From Rhizorhapis sp. (lineage in GTDB: Bacteria > Pseudomonadota > Alphaproteobacteria > Sphingomonadales > Sphingomonadaceae), in the NCBI GenBank assembly GCA_036570425.1, contig DATCYF010000014.1, positions 357-64,356 on the forward strand: DNA of 64,000 nucleotides, given 5' to 3'. Every line of letters begins with the position of its first letter. Positions within the stretch are counted from its first letter, which is position 1. Shown in pieces: positions 1 through 10,283 of the stretch. The translations under genes were made by a program, and so were the position numbers. Under the pieces are notes generated by a model, which was not told where the DNA came from, did not search any database, and saw only the letters and a list, made by a program, of their open reading frames with translations.

Positions 1-1066
1 GATAAAGGCCGCTCACCAGCAATATGATGGCAATCAAGTCGAAGATACCCCAGATAATCTTGAGCGGCAGTCCGGCATAATCACCAAAATGCAGCGGCTG
101 TGACAAATACATAACGCTCAGCGCCAGCGGCCAGCGCGGCACGGCTGTCAGCTTTGCCGTCACTGCGTCGACCAGCACCGGTTGAAAATTGCGTTCCGAC
201 AGCGATGAGTTACCTTTCATGAACACGCCATAATGATGGTCGCCGCTATAGCCCGTGCCTGGATAGCTGACGAAGGCTGGCTTCAGTTCCGGCTGGGCCT
301 TCCGCGCCTCTTGCACTGCCTGCTCAATCGAATCGAAATGGTCAGGTATCGGCTTACCCGCATAGTCACTCGTCAGGTGCGCAATCTCGCCCTTCTGCCA
401 ACTGGCATAGAGCGGCTCGTCGAGCGTGTTGATGACTCCCGTCAATCCGACCACCAATAGCCACCCTGCCGTCCCGATACCGAGAAGATTATGCAGGTCC
501 AGCCATTTCAGTCGTCGACTCCGGTCACGCCGAACCATGCCGAATGGCAACTTCGTCATGAAAGGCCGGTAGAGCACCACGCCCGAAATGATGGCGATGG
601 TGAACAGGACACCCATCACACCCAGGAAGAGCTTGCCCGGCAATCCCGCCAGCATATCCGTATGCAGCCGTCCGATAAAATAGAGCAGCCCCTCATTGAA
701 TTGAGGAGCAGCGACCGGCGCGCCCGTATAGGCGTCGAACAAAGCCGTGCGCATGCCTGCAGGCGCGGTATCTGGTGTGGGTCCCAGATTGACATAGACG
801 ATGGGTTCGTCGGAATACCAGCCAAGGAACAGCGGCACCTGCCCCGGATATTGCGCTCGCGCCTTCTCGATCAGACTGTCAAGATTGGCAGGCGAAGCGC
901 CCGAGGGCGGCGCCGCAAGCTCCGGCTCCGCGCCTGGGAGATGATGAATCTCCTCCGCAAAAATCAGCGGAAGACCGGTCACGCATAGCATGAGAAGGAA
1001 GGCGGTACAGACAAGGCTCGTCCATTTGTGGACAAGATACCAGGCCTGGACCGTCTTCCGTGTCAT
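1..1066 (-). CDS. PepSY-associated TM-helix / iron-regulated membrane protein (PiuB-like). The C-terminal end runs off the window.
   Basis: My own minus-strand translation from ATG (CAT at 1064-1066) gives MTRKTVQAWYLVHKWTSLVCTAFLLMLCVTGLPLIF..., and the frame stays open to position 1. It is absent from the ORF track because there is no stop in the window. It lies 4 nt downstream of a siderophore TonB receptor, the usual PepSY/PiuB context. Confidence 0.7.
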   Translation of the reverse strand, partial: MTRKTVQAWYLVHKWTSLVCTAFLLMLCVTGLPLIFAEEIHHLPGAEPELAAPPSGASPANLDSLIEKARAQYPGQVPLFLGWYSDEPIVYVNLGPTPDTAPAGMRTALFDAYTGAPVAAPQFNEGLLYFIGRLHTDMLAGLPGKLFLGVMGVLFTIAIISGVVLYRPFMTKLPFGMVRRDRSRRLKWLDLHNLLGIGTAGWLLVVGLTGVINTLDEPLYASWQKGEIAHLTSDYAGKPIPDHFDSIEQAVQEARKAQPELKPAFVSYPGTGYSGDHHYGVFMKGNSSLSERNFQPVLVDAVTAKLTAVPRWPLALSVMYLSQPLHFGDYAGLPLKIIWGIFDLIAIILLVSGLY

Positions 1067-1070
1067 GCCT

Positions 1071-3176
1071 TCAGAACCGGTAGGTCAGTGAACCGACAAC
1101 ATGGCGCCGGTTGCCGGTGAAACAGTCGCCGAAGGTGCGGCATGTCGAGAAATAGCTCTTGTCGAACAGGTTCGTTGCGTTGATCGCGGCCGTCCATCGG
1201 TTCCAGTCGAGCGCCACCAGCGCGTCAACAAGGGTGTAACCGGGTGTCTTGAGCACCGTTGTTGGTCCCGTCGAGACTGTGTTGCCGATATAGCGAACGC
1301 CAGCGCCGACGCGCAGGGCCATGTCCTCCTGGAGGGGAACCGTCTTGACGCCCCAGGCAGAGGCCATGTGCTGCGGTACGTCATTCACCCGCTCGCCAAC
1401 CTCGTAGGTGTAAAGGCTACTGGTCACTTCAGCGTCGTTATAGCTATAGGCGGCGGTTAGTTGGAAATTGCCCGGCATTTCCATCGCCGCCTCGAACTCG
1501 AAGCCTTTCGATTTGATCTCGCCTGTCTGATAGGTATCGAGAGGATTGGCCGGATCGTTGGTTGGCCGGTTTGCCTCGACAATGTCATAATATGTTGCAG
1601 TCAGTAGCATCCCGCGCTGCGGCTGCCATTTGATGCCGCCGTCATACTGACGCCCACGTGTCGGGATAAAGGGTACGCCATTCCGGTTAAGGCCCGCGAC
1701 TGGCTGGAACGCCTCGGAATAGCTGATATAGGGCGAAATGCCCCAGCCCAGCTCTCCGATCAGGCCAACCTTGAACGTCCATGCCTTGTCCACCTTGTCA
1801 GGTGAACCCTCAGTCTCGGAAACGGCGCGGTCATGGCGTCCGCCGACGACCAAAGTGACACGATCGGCATAGCGGATCTGATCCTGCACATAGACGCCAA
1901 GCTGCGTATTGCGCTGTTCAGGCAAAAGATCATAGGGCAGAACGGCAAAACCGGTAGAAACCGGATCGTAGATATCGATCGTCGTGACCACGGACCCGGG
2001 CCTGCTGCTCGTATCCGAGGCCGAACGGGTCCGTTCGAAATAATTGCTGTAATCGACTCCTACCAGCAACTGGTGCGACAGCGGGCCGGTGTCGAACTTG
2101 AACCGCATGTTCACGTCGCTGGTGAAGATCTTGGCATGCGGCATTGTCTGGTACGCATTACGGTTGACAATACGCCCGGTCTCCGCCGTGCCGTCGATAA
2201 ACGGATTGGACGGGTTTGTATAAACGTCGGGATACAGCTCCCGGAATGTTGCCTTGGCATCAATATAACGCGCCCGCCCGCTGATGCTCACCGCTTCCGA
2301 GAACTGGTGGTCGGCGATCAGGGTCACAGAAGCAGTGCGCTGCTTGAGCGTGTCGTAATCGGGATCACCCAGGAAAGTGCGGTTGTCGATCCGGCGCGCG
2401 TCCGAGGGCGCAAGGATCGTCGACACCAGAGGCAGGAACTGCTGGCTCGATGCCGAAGTATCGCGCTGATAAAGTCCGATCAAAGAGAACTGCGTGTCAG
2501 CGCCGGGCCGCCAGGTGAGCGACGGCGATATCAGCACCCGATCATCCTTCAGCGAGTCGGTCTGCTGGTCAGAGTCCCGTACGACGCCGACGATCCGCCC
2601 GGCGAGCGTACCGCTTCCATTGAGTGGACCCGTCAGGTCCACCGCCGCTTGCTTGCGGTCATAGGAGCCATATTCGAGCCGCACATAACCTTCCGGCGTA
2701 AATTGCGGAGTCTTGCTGACGCTGTTGATGATGCCGCCGTTCGTCGCCTGTCCATAGAGCACGGACGATGGTCCTCGCAGCACCTCGACACGGTTCAGGG
2801 TATCCACTGCTGTCCGCGCAAAGGGCGCGTAGCTGTAGAAATTGCGCATGCCGTCAAGAAACTGCACCGGAGAGAGCCCACGAATGATCGAAGCATCATT
2901 GCGCGTGTCGAGCCCGTAGGCTTCCCCGATCACGCCTGCGGAGTATCGCATCGTTTCCTGCAGGTTGCGCGCTCCGCGATCGCGAAAGACCGTATCATCG
3001 ATGACGCTGATGGCCTGGGGCGTTTCGACAAGAGGCGTGTCGATCTTGGTCGCTGTAATGGCCCGTCCTGCCGTGACAGTGATGTCTTCGGCGCCCTTCA
3101 CATCTGCATTGGCCCATGCCGCCCGGGCTGGGAAAGCGAGCGTGAGAAGAGCGATGCTGGACGTAAATAATTTCAC
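1071..3176 (-). CDS. TonB-dependent siderophore receptor
   Basis: ORF 1071..3317. A signal peptide (VKLFTSSIALLTLAFPARAAWA) starts at GTG 3176, with a GAGGGG RBS-like element upstream. Plug motif VEVLRGPSSVLYG is present, and the C-terminus is ...GSLTYRF. Alternative starts are ATG 3239 or 3317. Confidence 0.9.
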   Translation of the reverse strand: MKLFTSSIALLTLAFPARAAWANADVKGAEDITVTAGRAITATKIDTPLVETPQAISVIDDTVFRDRGARNLQETMRYSAGVIGEAYGLDTRNDASIIRGLSPVQFLDGMRNFYSYAPFARTAVDTLNRVEVLRGPSSVLYGQATNGGIINSVSKTPQFTPEGYVRLEYGSYDRKQAAVDLTGPLNGSGTLAGRIVGVVRDSDQQTDSLKDDRVLISPSLTWRPGADTQFSLIGLYQRDTSASSQQFLPLVSTILAPSDARRIDNRTFLGDPDYDTLKQRTASVTLIADHQFSEAVSISGRARYIDAKATFRELYPDVYTNPSNPFIDGTAETGRIVNRNAYQTMPHAKIFTSDVNMRFKFDTGPLSHQLLVGVDYSNYFERTRSASDTSSRPGSVVTTIDIYDPVSTGFAVLPYDLLPEQRNTQLGVYVQDQIRYADRVTLVVGGRHDRAVSETEGSPDKVDKAWTFKVGLIGELGWGISPYISYSEAFQPVAGLNRNGVPFIPTRGRQYDGGIKWQPQRGMLLTATYYDIVEANRPTNDPANPLDTYQTGEIKSKGFEFEAAMEMPGNFQLTAAYSYNDAEVTSSLYTYEVGERVNDVPQHMASAWGVKTVPLQEDMALRVGAGVRYIGNTVSTGPTTVLKTPGYTLVDALVALDWNRWTAAINATNLFDKSYFSTCRTFGDCFTGNRRHVVGSLTYRF

Positions 3177-3225
3177 CGGAATGGACCCCTCTTTGTCGTG
3201 ATGGGCCTCTATCCATGACACGCTA

Positions 3226-3242
3226 CTAATGCAAGTCATTCG
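3226..3242. promoter_or_regulatory. Candidate Fur box upstream of the siderophore receptor
   Basis: CTAATGCAAGTCATTCG contains an AATG-N5-CATT inverted core. It resembles the GATAATGATAATCATTATC consensus and sits 50-66 nt upstream of the GTG 3176 start. Confidence 0.3.
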
Positions 3243-3332
3243 CACCCATGCATAGGCTTTGATTGGCTGATAGCGTCGCGTTGGCATGTGGGATGGAATA
3301 CCAACCAGTCCTGTCACAGGCCGCTGGCCAAA

Positions 3333-3761
3333 CTACTTTGCTACAGAAGCCCTTGCTGCGGTCTTAGAGGTTTCCACAGGCGGCAACGTCCGGATTGTGG
3401 CGGCGTATTCGGCAATCAGCACGAAAAGCCAGAACTCGGACCCAGCCCATTCTCCCATGACTAGGCCCGTCACCAGATCAATGGCCAGGAAAACAGCGGC
3501 CAGCAGCCGGAAGAACATAAAGCTCGCCGTCGGATGGTCAGCCCGTCGAGCGGCTGTGATCATCATAAAGACGCTTATGCCGCCCCAAAGCACCGACGAG
3601 AACGGCGTGTCCGCACGGTAGAAGCCGTCGAGCGCCGCGATGAACCAGAACAACCGCGAAACTGCGAACTGGCTCTGGCGCGTAAGCTGACACAGCTTGA
3701 TGATGGGCGGGACGAATAGCGTCTTGCCAATCCATTGATCAATTTTCGCGAAAGACATCAA
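3333..3761 (-). CDS. Small hydrophobic membrane protein, function unknown
   Basis: 142-aa ORF with 3-4 hydrophobic segments (FWFIAALDGF, GGISVFMMITAA, LLAAVFLAIDLVTGLVMG, FWLFVLIAEYAA). It is co-directional with and immediately upstream of the TonB receptor. Confidence 0.5.
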   Translation of the reverse strand: MMSFAKIDQWIGKTLFVPPIIKLCQLTRQSQFAVSRLFWFIAALDGFYRADTPFSSVLWGGISVFMMITAARRADHPTASFMFFRLLAAVFLAIDLVTGLVMGEWAGSEFWLFVLIAEYAATIRTLPPVETSKTAARASVAK

Positions 3762-4117
3762 AGCTGCATAAGGCCAGGAACAGGTCGGCGCTACCCATAA
3801 CCAAATGCAAATGACCGCTTTGCCCTTTGCGGTGCAGCATCAGACTACAATCTGGCGGCCTCGCAAAAAGGCGATGCAACACGATGAGACAAAGCATTTC
3901 GATTCGATCTTCGAGGGAGGCCGTTACCCTTTATGCGAGTGACTCGTAATATCTTACCCGCGCACGCGTTATCCGTGGGTGGTTGCGTAGGCGCAGAAAA
4001 CTGTTGCTGACGGCAATCACCGGCACATCATGGCGAAGCGCAGCCTTATAGCCTTCTTCCTTGACCGGGCAGGCGTCGCATCGATCAGCAGCCCGCTTCC
4101 TTTCGTACGCGGTTCCC

Positions 4118-6643
4118 TTACAGCGCTCGCAAGGCGCGCGCTGGGCGCACCGACATCAGAGGAATCGAGGCGAGCAGTCCGATCCCCAGCGTCAGCACCG
4201 CGCCAGCGCCCAGCGTTGTCAGCACCAGCCTCCAGTCCGGCGCCCAAGCGAACTCGAAAATCTGCACGATCACGAACCAGGCCGCGATCAGCCCCAACAC
4301 CAGGGCAACCACCGCAAGAATCGAGGCGAGCAGCGCATATTCGAGCGCTTGGCTAGCCAATATCTGCCACCGCGTCGCACCCAGCGTTTTCAGGATCACG
4401 CTGTCATAGGCGCGCGCCTGCCGCGACGCCGCGATCGCACCGATCAATACCGCGATCCCCGCGAGTATCGCGACCGATCCCGCCATCACGATCGCCGTCG
4501 CCATCTGCCCCAGCAGCACCGTCACCTGCGCCACCACTTCGCTGACCGCGATGATCGAGACGGAGGGAAAGGCGGCCAATAGCGCGCGGGTCATTTTCGC
4601 GTCCGACCCGCTCGCCTCATTCATCGTGATTGTCGCCGCCAGGCTGTGCGGCGCGGCGCGCAGAGTGTTTGGGGAGAAGATCATGATATAATTGAAGCCC
4701 ATCGTTTCCCAATGCACCTGCCGCAAAGAGGCGATCCGTGCTTCAATCTCGCGACCCAGCACAGAAACCACCAGCGTGTCGCCAATACCGACGTTCATCA
4801 CTTTTGCAGCCTCACGATCGAGCGAAATCAAGGGTGGTCCTTCATAGCTCTTCGGCCACCATTCGCCTTCCACCAGCGCTGATCCTTCGGGCAGCGTGTC
4901 GCTATAGGTTACACCGCGTTCACCGCGCAGGAACCATGCATCCTTGGGTAGCTCGCTCATGTCGGCGACCCGCGTTCCGCCAAAAGCGACGATGGTTCCG
5001 CGCAGGGTAGGAACGATGTTGACATTTACACCCGGCGACTCGCGCGCGACAAGGTTCTGGAACTGCTGCTTCTGCGCTACCGGAATGTCGAGCACAAACT
5101 GGTCGGGCGCGGTGCGCGGAACGGTGTTGCGAATTTCGGCGCTCAGGCTTGACTGAATCGCCGCCAGCGTAACAAACAGGGTGAGGCCCAGCCCCAGCGC
5201 CACCACCAAGGCGGATGTCTGCGCGCCTGGACGATGAAGATTGGCAACGGCCAATCGCGCGAGCGGTGCGCGTGGCGGCGTCACCCTGCGCGCCATTCGT
5301 CGCACCAATCTGCCAATGCCGAGCAGCAGCAGGAGAACTGCGCCAACGGCGCCCAGCACAGACGCCGCAAATAACGGCTCACGGGCCGTGACGAGAGCCA
5401 GCGAGACCGCTGCGGTTGCGGCGCATGCCACGGCGATCATGCTCACCCGGTCAATCCCGCGGCGCCTGTCGACCGTTTCCCGGAACAGCGCAGCGGCAGG
5501 CAGGGTGCGCGCATGCGCCAGCGGCGGCATGATGAAGATGAACGCGATCAGCAGCCCATAAGCTGCGCTGGTGACCAGCGGCCAGGGCGTCAGGGCGAAG
5601 GCCGGCTGTACCGGCAATATGTCACGCACGGCTGATACCAGTGCCACCGGCAGTCCGACGCCGACCACCAGACCGCATGCCGTGGCTAGCGCCGCGACCG
5701 CACCGACCTGCACCAGGTAAATGCGCGATATATCGCTTGTCGACGCACCCAATATCTTCAGCGTCGCAATGCCATCGCGCTTGATGGCGAGATAGGAGGT
5801 GATGCCGTTGCTGACGCCGATCCCGGCAATGGCCAGCGCGGCCAGCCCGATCAGCGACAGGAATTGGCCCATGCGTTCGAAAAAGCGGCTGGTTCCCGGC
5901 GCGGCGCGGTCACGATCCTTGATTTCGAACCCCGCCGCCGGAAAGGCGCCTTTCAGGGCCTCGCCCGTTGCGCGGACCTCCGCGCCCGGTGCGATCCGAA
6001 TGCGGTATTTGCTTTCATAAAGACTGCCGGGCTGGATCAGCGCGGTACGACGGATACCTTCGATCGACGTGATCGCCACTGGCCCCAGCGTGAAGCCCTC
6101 TCCCACCCGGTCGGGCTCGTCAGTGATGATGTCACGGATGCGAAAGTCCGCATTGCCATAGCGCAGATGCTGCCCCGGCTGAAGCGCCAGCCGGTCGGCC
6201 AGTCCCTGACCGATCACCACCTCATCCGCTGCGAGGGTTCCGGCCGGTCCGCTTTTCAGCATCAGCGTGCCATACAGGGGATAGGCGGCATCCACGCCCT
6301 TTAGTTCGGTCAGCACGGCGGAAGGCCCGTCGCCGCTTCCCGGCCGCTGCGCCATGGCCCGCAACCGAATGGTTTCGCTGAGCTGCCCGAACCGGCGAAA
6401 GGCAGCCTTTTCTTCTCCGCTCGCTTCCCGCTGCGACAGGGCGACTTCGACGTCGCCGCCCAGCAATAGCCGGCCCTTGCTTGCAATCTCTCCCGTGATC
6501 GCAGCGGTCAGATTGCCGATCGTCGCCAGCGTCGCCACGCCCAGGAACAGGCAGACGAACAGCAGGCGCAGGCCCCGGAAACCCGGATGCAGGTCGCGGC
6601 GCGCGATCCGCCAACAGCCGCGCCAGCCCAGCCCTACGGTCAT
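4118..6643 (-). CDS. ybbP: ABC transporter permease, FtsX-like (YbbP type, two FtsX domains)
   Basis: Large polytopic ORF. ATG 6643 overlaps the stop of the upstream ATPase (ATGA). It sits in the conserved tesA / ybbA-ybbP arrangement. Confidence 0.8.
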   Translation of the reverse strand: MTVGLGWRGCWRIARRDLHPGFRGLRLLFVCLFLGVATLATIGNLTAAITGEIASKGRLLLGGDVEVALSQREASGEEKAAFRRFGQLSETIRLRAMAQRPGSGDGPSAVLTELKGVDAAYPLYGTLMLKSGPAGTLAADEVVIGQGLADRLALQPGQHLRYGNADFRIRDIITDEPDRVGEGFTLGPVAITSIEGIRRTALIQPGSLYESKYRIRIAPGAEVRATGEALKGAFPAAGFEIKDRDRAAPGTSRFFERMGQFLSLIGLAALAIAGIGVSNGITSYLAIKRDGIATLKILGASTSDISRIYLVQVGAVAALATACGLVVGVGLPVALVSAVRDILPVQPAFALTPWPLVTSAAYGLLIAFIFIMPPLAHARTLPAAALFRETVDRRRGIDRVSMIAVACAATAAVSLALVTAREPLFAASVLGAVGAVLLLLLGIGRLVRRMARRVTPPRAPLARLAVANLHRPGAQTSALVVALGLGLTLFVTLAAIQSSLSAEIRNTVPRTAPDQFVLDIPVAQKQQFQNLVARESPGVNVNIVPTLRGTIVAFGGTRVADMSELPKDAWFLRGERGVTYSDTLPEGSALVEGEWWPKSYEGPPLISLDREAAKVMNVGIGDTLVVSVLGREIEARIASLRQVHWETMGFNYIMIFSPNTLRAAPHSLAATITMNEASGSDAKMTRALLAAFPSVSIIAVSEVVAQVTVLLGQMATAIVMAGSVAILAGIAVLIGAIAASRQARAYDSVILKTLGATRWQILASQALEYALLASILAVVALVLGLIAAWFVIVQIFEFAWAPDWRLVLTTLGAGAVLTLGIGLLASIPLMSVRPARALRAL

Positions 6644-7329
6644 GTCCGCCGATCCGCGATGATCAGGCCATCGCGTATTTCGACAATGCGATCGCACCGC
6701 TCGGCAAGCGCAGGATCATGGGTGATGATGACCAGCGTCGCGTCATTGACGGCTCGCCGGGCGAACAACAGGTCGATGATCGCGCTGCTCGTCCCGCCGT
6801 CAAGATTGCCGGTCGGCTCGTCAGCGAACAATATGTCGGGCATCGGCGCGACCGCGCGGGCAATGGCAACGCGCTGCTGCTCGCCCCCGGAAAGCTGCGC
6901 CGGATAATGATGCAGCCGATGACCCAAACCCACCGCTTCAAGTTCCGCCGCGGCCCGCGCGAACGCATCGCTGGCGCCCGCGATTTCCAGCGGCACCGCG
7001 ACATTTTCAACCGAGGTCATCGTCGGCAACAAATGGAAGCTTTGCAGGACGATGCCGACGCGTCCACGCCGCGCCCGCGCCAGCCCATCTTCGTTCAGTG
7101 GGCCATAGTCGATCCCCGCGACGCGCACGTCTCCCCCGCTGGCGCGCTCCAGCCCCGACAGGATCGCCATCAGCGACGATTTTCCCGAACCCGATGGTCC
7201 CAATATGGCCAGGCTCTCACCCCGAACAATCGAAAGGTCGATGCCCTTCAGTATCTGTGTGGAGCCGAGCGAAAGGGTGACATTGCGCGCGTGGATGGCG
7301 ATATAGTTGAAATCAGACGAACCGTGCAT
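6640..7329 (-). CDS. ybbA: ABC transporter ATP-binding protein (YbbA type)
   Basis: Walker A GPSGSGKSS, ABC signature LSGGEQQRVAIARA, and Walker B ILFADEPTGNLD. The start is taken at MHGSSDF... (CAT at 7327-7329); the ORF track version extends further upstream into non-coding-looking sequence. Confidence 0.9.
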   Translation of the reverse strand: MHGSSDFNYIAIHARNVTLSLGSTQILKGIDLSIVRGESLAILGPSGSGKSSLMAILSGLERASGGDVRVAGIDYGPLNEDGLARARRGRVGIVLQSFHLLPTMTSVENVAVPLEIAGASDAFARAAAELEAVGLGHRLHHYPAQLSGGEQQRVAIARAVAPMPDILFADEPTGNLDGGTSSAIIDLLFARRAVNDATLVIITHDPALAERCDRIVEIRDGLIIADRRT

Positions 7330-7346
7330 GAGCGAAGGAGACCCCA

Positions 7347-8048
7347 ATGGCGCGAAACTGGCCAACATATGCGGGCTGCACGATCTTTGTGCAAATGCTG
7401 ATGGCATGCTCGGGCGAACCGGCGCAGAACAATACCGCCATTTCAGCCGCGCCGGAGCAGAGCAACATCGCACCAGCGGGTGACCGCAAGCTGATCCTTG
7501 CCTTCGGCGACAGTCTCTATGCAGGCTATGGGGTAGCCCAGAATGAAAGTTTTCCCTACGAACTGGAACAGGCGCTGCGGACGCGGGGCGATGCGGTCGA
7601 AGTGCGGAACGCGGGAGTTTCAGGGGAAACAACGCAGGGCGGCCTTCAGCGCCTGGCGTTCACGCTCGACGGCCTTCCCCGCAAACCGGATCTCGTGCTC
7701 CTCGGACTTGGCGCGAACGACATGCTGCGCGGCCTTGATCCGGCGCAAAGCGACAGGAATCTCCGCGCCATGTTGGATATCCTCAAGGCGCGAAACTTGC
7801 CTGTGCTGCTCACGGGTATGCTTGCGGCGCCCAACATGGGCCCCGAATATGCGGGACGTTTCAACGCCATCTATCCCGCCTTGGCAAAGGACTATGGCAT
7901 TCCGCTATATCCCTTCTTCCTCGAAGGCGTGATCGGTAATGCGCACTATATGCAGGCCGATTCAATCCATCCCAATCCCGTTGGCATTGATGTAGTCGTC
8001 AGTAATATCGCGCCGCTCGTCGCCGACACATTATCATCAGACGAATAA
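7347..8048 (+). CDS. tesA: SGNH/GDSL arylesterase / acyl-CoA thioesterase I-like lipoprotein
   Basis: GDS block LILAFGDSLYAGYG, GxND block GLGANDM, and C-terminal DSIHPN block. It is divergent from ybbA-ybbP, as in E. coli. Confidence 0.8.
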   Translation: MARNWPTYAGCTIFVQMLMACSGEPAQNNTAISAAPEQSNIAPAGDRKLILAFGDSLYAGYGVAQNESFPYELEQALRTRGDAVEVRNAGVSGETTQGGLQRLAFTLDGLPRKPDLVLLGLGANDMLRGLDPAQSDRNLRAMLDILKARNLPVLLTGMLAAPNMGPEYAGRFNAIYPALAKDYGIPLYPFFLEGVIGNAHYMQADSIHPNPVGIDVVVSNIAPLVADTLSSDE

Positions 8049-8364
8049 AGCACCTCGGGTGTGGATTAAGCAGCCGACTTCGGAACCCGGCCCTACCAGT
8101 CGACAGCCATACTCGGGCGGATTGCACCGCCAGCGAGGCAAAGCAGGATCGTCAATCACCGGTCCCAACAGGACTATTGCAGCAATTCCACGCTTAAGCA
8201 TGTGCCAGGAACACTTCTGAGTTCTGATCGTTTCGCGCCTATTGCGGCCGAGAGGGACAAGTACATGACCGCTGCTCGCCGGCGCCACCAAGTCCTTTCC
8301 GCTGCTCTGTCGAGAGTGGTGCCCGGATCACATCTCCACAATCCATCCGGCGAGCGCTGACCGC

Positions 8365-9720
8365 ATGCGCGCTTTTGAACCACTGCAAAGCGCAGGCAAA
8401 GCAGCTACCGGACAGCCTCGTCCCACCCTTCGTATCCGCGATGTCGTCGCGATCACGGTCGGCATTGTCATCGGCGCGGGCATATTCCGAACACCCTCGC
8501 TGGTGGCAGGCGCCGCCGGGAGCGCGGACATGCTGCTGTTGGCGTGGGCCGCGGGCGGCGTGCTCTCGATCATCGGCGCGCTCTGCTATGCAGAGCTGGC
8601 CGCCATTGAGGCAAGTGCGGGGGGCGACTACCATTACCTGATGCGCGCTTTCGGCCAGAGGCTGGCCTTTCTCTATGCGTGGGCGAGGCTTTCAGTCATC
8701 CAGACCGGCTCGATCGCCCTGCTTGCCTTCATTTTTGGCGACTATGCGACCCAGATTCTCAGCCTCGGCCCCCTCTCAAGCGCGATATACGGCGCCCTCG
8801 TCATTCTGGTCATTACCACTCTTAACTGGATCGGAGTCCACTTCGGCGCGCGCGCACAGAATTCGCTCACCATCATCGAAGTGCTGGGCCTTCTGCTCGT
8901 TATAGCGGCAGGCCTGCTTCTTGCACCGGCAGCGCCGAGCGAGATTGCCGCCACCAGTGAGAGCGCCTTCGGACTCATGATGGTCTTTGTGCTGCTCACT
9001 TTCGGGGGATGGAACGAGGCCGTCTACGTTTCGGCCGAATTACGCGACAGCAGGCGGCGAATGGGTTGGGCCATGATCCTCAGTCTGCTCATCGTGACCG
9101 TGTTGTACCTTCTCATAAATCTTGCCTATCTTCGGGTTCTCGCCATTCCCGGCATGGCCGGATCAGACGCGGTCGCCGCCGACGTCATGGACCGCGCCTT
9201 CGGACCTGGAGGTGCGGCCGTGATCAGTGTCCTGATCGCCGTTGCGGCGTTGACCTCGGCCAACGCCACCGCCATCACGGGCGCGCGCTCCACCTATGCG
9301 CTAGGCCGCAACTTCCCGCTCTTGCGCTGGCTAGGAACCTGGAACGGCGAGCGCGGCACACCGGCTAACGCGCTGATCGTGCAGGGAGCGGTCGCGCTCC
9401 TGCTGGTGCTGGGCGGATCGTTCTCCCGCGACGGATTTCAGGCGGTGGTTGAATATTCCGCGCCCGTCTTCTGGTTCTTTTTCCTTCTTGTCGGAATTTC
9501 CCTTTTCGTTCTCCGCTGGCGCAATCCCGGCGCGGAGCGGCCCTTCCGAGTGCCACTCTATCCGCTGCTTCCGGCGATCTTCTGTCTTACATGCGTTTAT
9601 CTGCTCTATTCGAGCCTCGCCTATACCGGACCCGGCGCGCTCGCCGGTGTGACAACCGTGGCGCTTGGCGGCTTCCTCTTGCTGTTCCTTAAACCCGCAA
9701 TTCCCGAGGAGATGAACTGA
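8365..9720 (+). CDS. APC-family amino acid permease
   Basis: 451 aa with a 12-TM-like profile. The N-terminal VVAITVGIVIGAGIFRTP segment is typical of APC permeases. Its stop overlaps the next ATG (TGATG at 9718-9722). Confidence 0.85.
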   Translation: MRAFEPLQSAGKAATGQPRPTLRIRDVVAITVGIVIGAGIFRTPSLVAGAAGSADMLLLAWAAGGVLSIIGALCYAELAAIEASAGGDYHYLMRAFGQRLAFLYAWARLSVIQTGSIALLAFIFGDYATQILSLGPLSSAIYGALVILVITTLNWIGVHFGARAQNSLTIIEVLGLLLVIAAGLLLAPAAPSEIAATSESAFGLMMVFVLLTFGGWNEAVYVSAELRDSRRRMGWAMILSLLIVTVLYLLINLAYLRVLAIPGMAGSDAVAADVMDRAFGPGGAAVISVLIAVAALTSANATAITGARSTYALGRNFPLLRWLGTWNGERGTPANALIVQGAVALLLVLGGSFSRDGFQAVVEYSAPVFWFFFLLVGISLFVLRWRNPGAERPFRVPLYPLLPAIFCLTCVYLLYSSLAYTGPGALAGVTTVALGGFLLLFLKPAIPEEMN

Positions 9721-10277
9721 TGAAAGCCTTTGTTTATCCTTTGGCTGTCGCGCTGGCACTTTCGATGGCGGCTGCCTGCTCAGCACAGTCGACGTCTGTC
9801 GCGCAATCTGAACGAGATCCAGACGTGATTTATGTGCCCACCCCTCAGCCGGTGGTCGATGCCATGCTCCAGATGGCGAACGTCAAGGAGGGGGACGTTC
9901 TCTATGATCTGGGTTCGGGCGATGGCCGTATCCCTATCACGGCAGCGAGCCGACATCGCGTTCGGGCCGTCGGGATAGACATCGACCCCCAGCGGATCGC
10001 GGAAGCCGAGGCGAATGCGCGAAAAGCGGGGGTGACGGATCTTGTCACCTTCCGCAACGAGGACTTGTTCGCCGCTGATTTCAGCAAGGCGACGGTGGTG
10101 ACGCTTTATCTTCTTGAAAGCCTGAACGCCAAGCTCCGGCCCAAGCTTCTTGCCGAGCTGAAGCCGGGAACGCGCATCGTCAGCCACGCCTTCACCATGG
10201 GTGACTGGAAACCCGAGAGGAAACAGAATGTCGACGGAAGCATGATCTACTTGTGGACAGTGCCAGCCCGAAATTGA
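9720..10277 (+). CDS. Exported class I SAM-dependent methyltransferase-fold protein (paralog 1)
   Basis: N-terminal signal peptide MKAFVYPLAVALALSMAAACSAQS, followed by SAM motif I VLYDLGSGDGRIPITAA. Confidence 0.75.
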   Translation: MKAFVYPLAVALALSMAAACSAQSTSVAQSERDPDVIYVPTPQPVVDAMLQMANVKEGDVLYDLGSGDGRIPITAASRHRVRAVGIDIDPQRIAEAEANARKAGVTDLVTFRNEDLFAADFSKATVVTLYLLESLNAKLRPKLLAELKPGTRIVSHAFTMGDWKPERKQNVDGSMIYLWTVPARN

Positions 10278-10283
10278 CCGAAC

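Noticed and set aside
1833-3170. 445-aa plus-strand ORF
   Set aside because: It is antisense to the TonB receptor. The composition is Arg/Gly/Asp-rich and low in complexity, typical of shadow ORFs in high-GC DNA, whereas the minus frame carries all the TBDR motifs.
3950-4140. Minus-strand frame encoding a double CxxC zinc-ribbon-like peptide (PCERCKG...RCDACPVKEEGYKAA...) just downstream of ybbP
   Set aside because: There is no ATG, GTG or TTG start after the in-frame TGA and before the Cys motifs, and no RBS. It is probably a chance occurrence or a dead remnant.
8049-8364. 316-nt gap upstream of the APC permease, a possible riboswitch or leader
   Set aside because: I could not match it by eye to the glycine, lysine, SAM-II or guanidine riboswitch cores. 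The short ORFs there (8037-8291, 8174-8383 and others) look like shadows. It remains unexplained.
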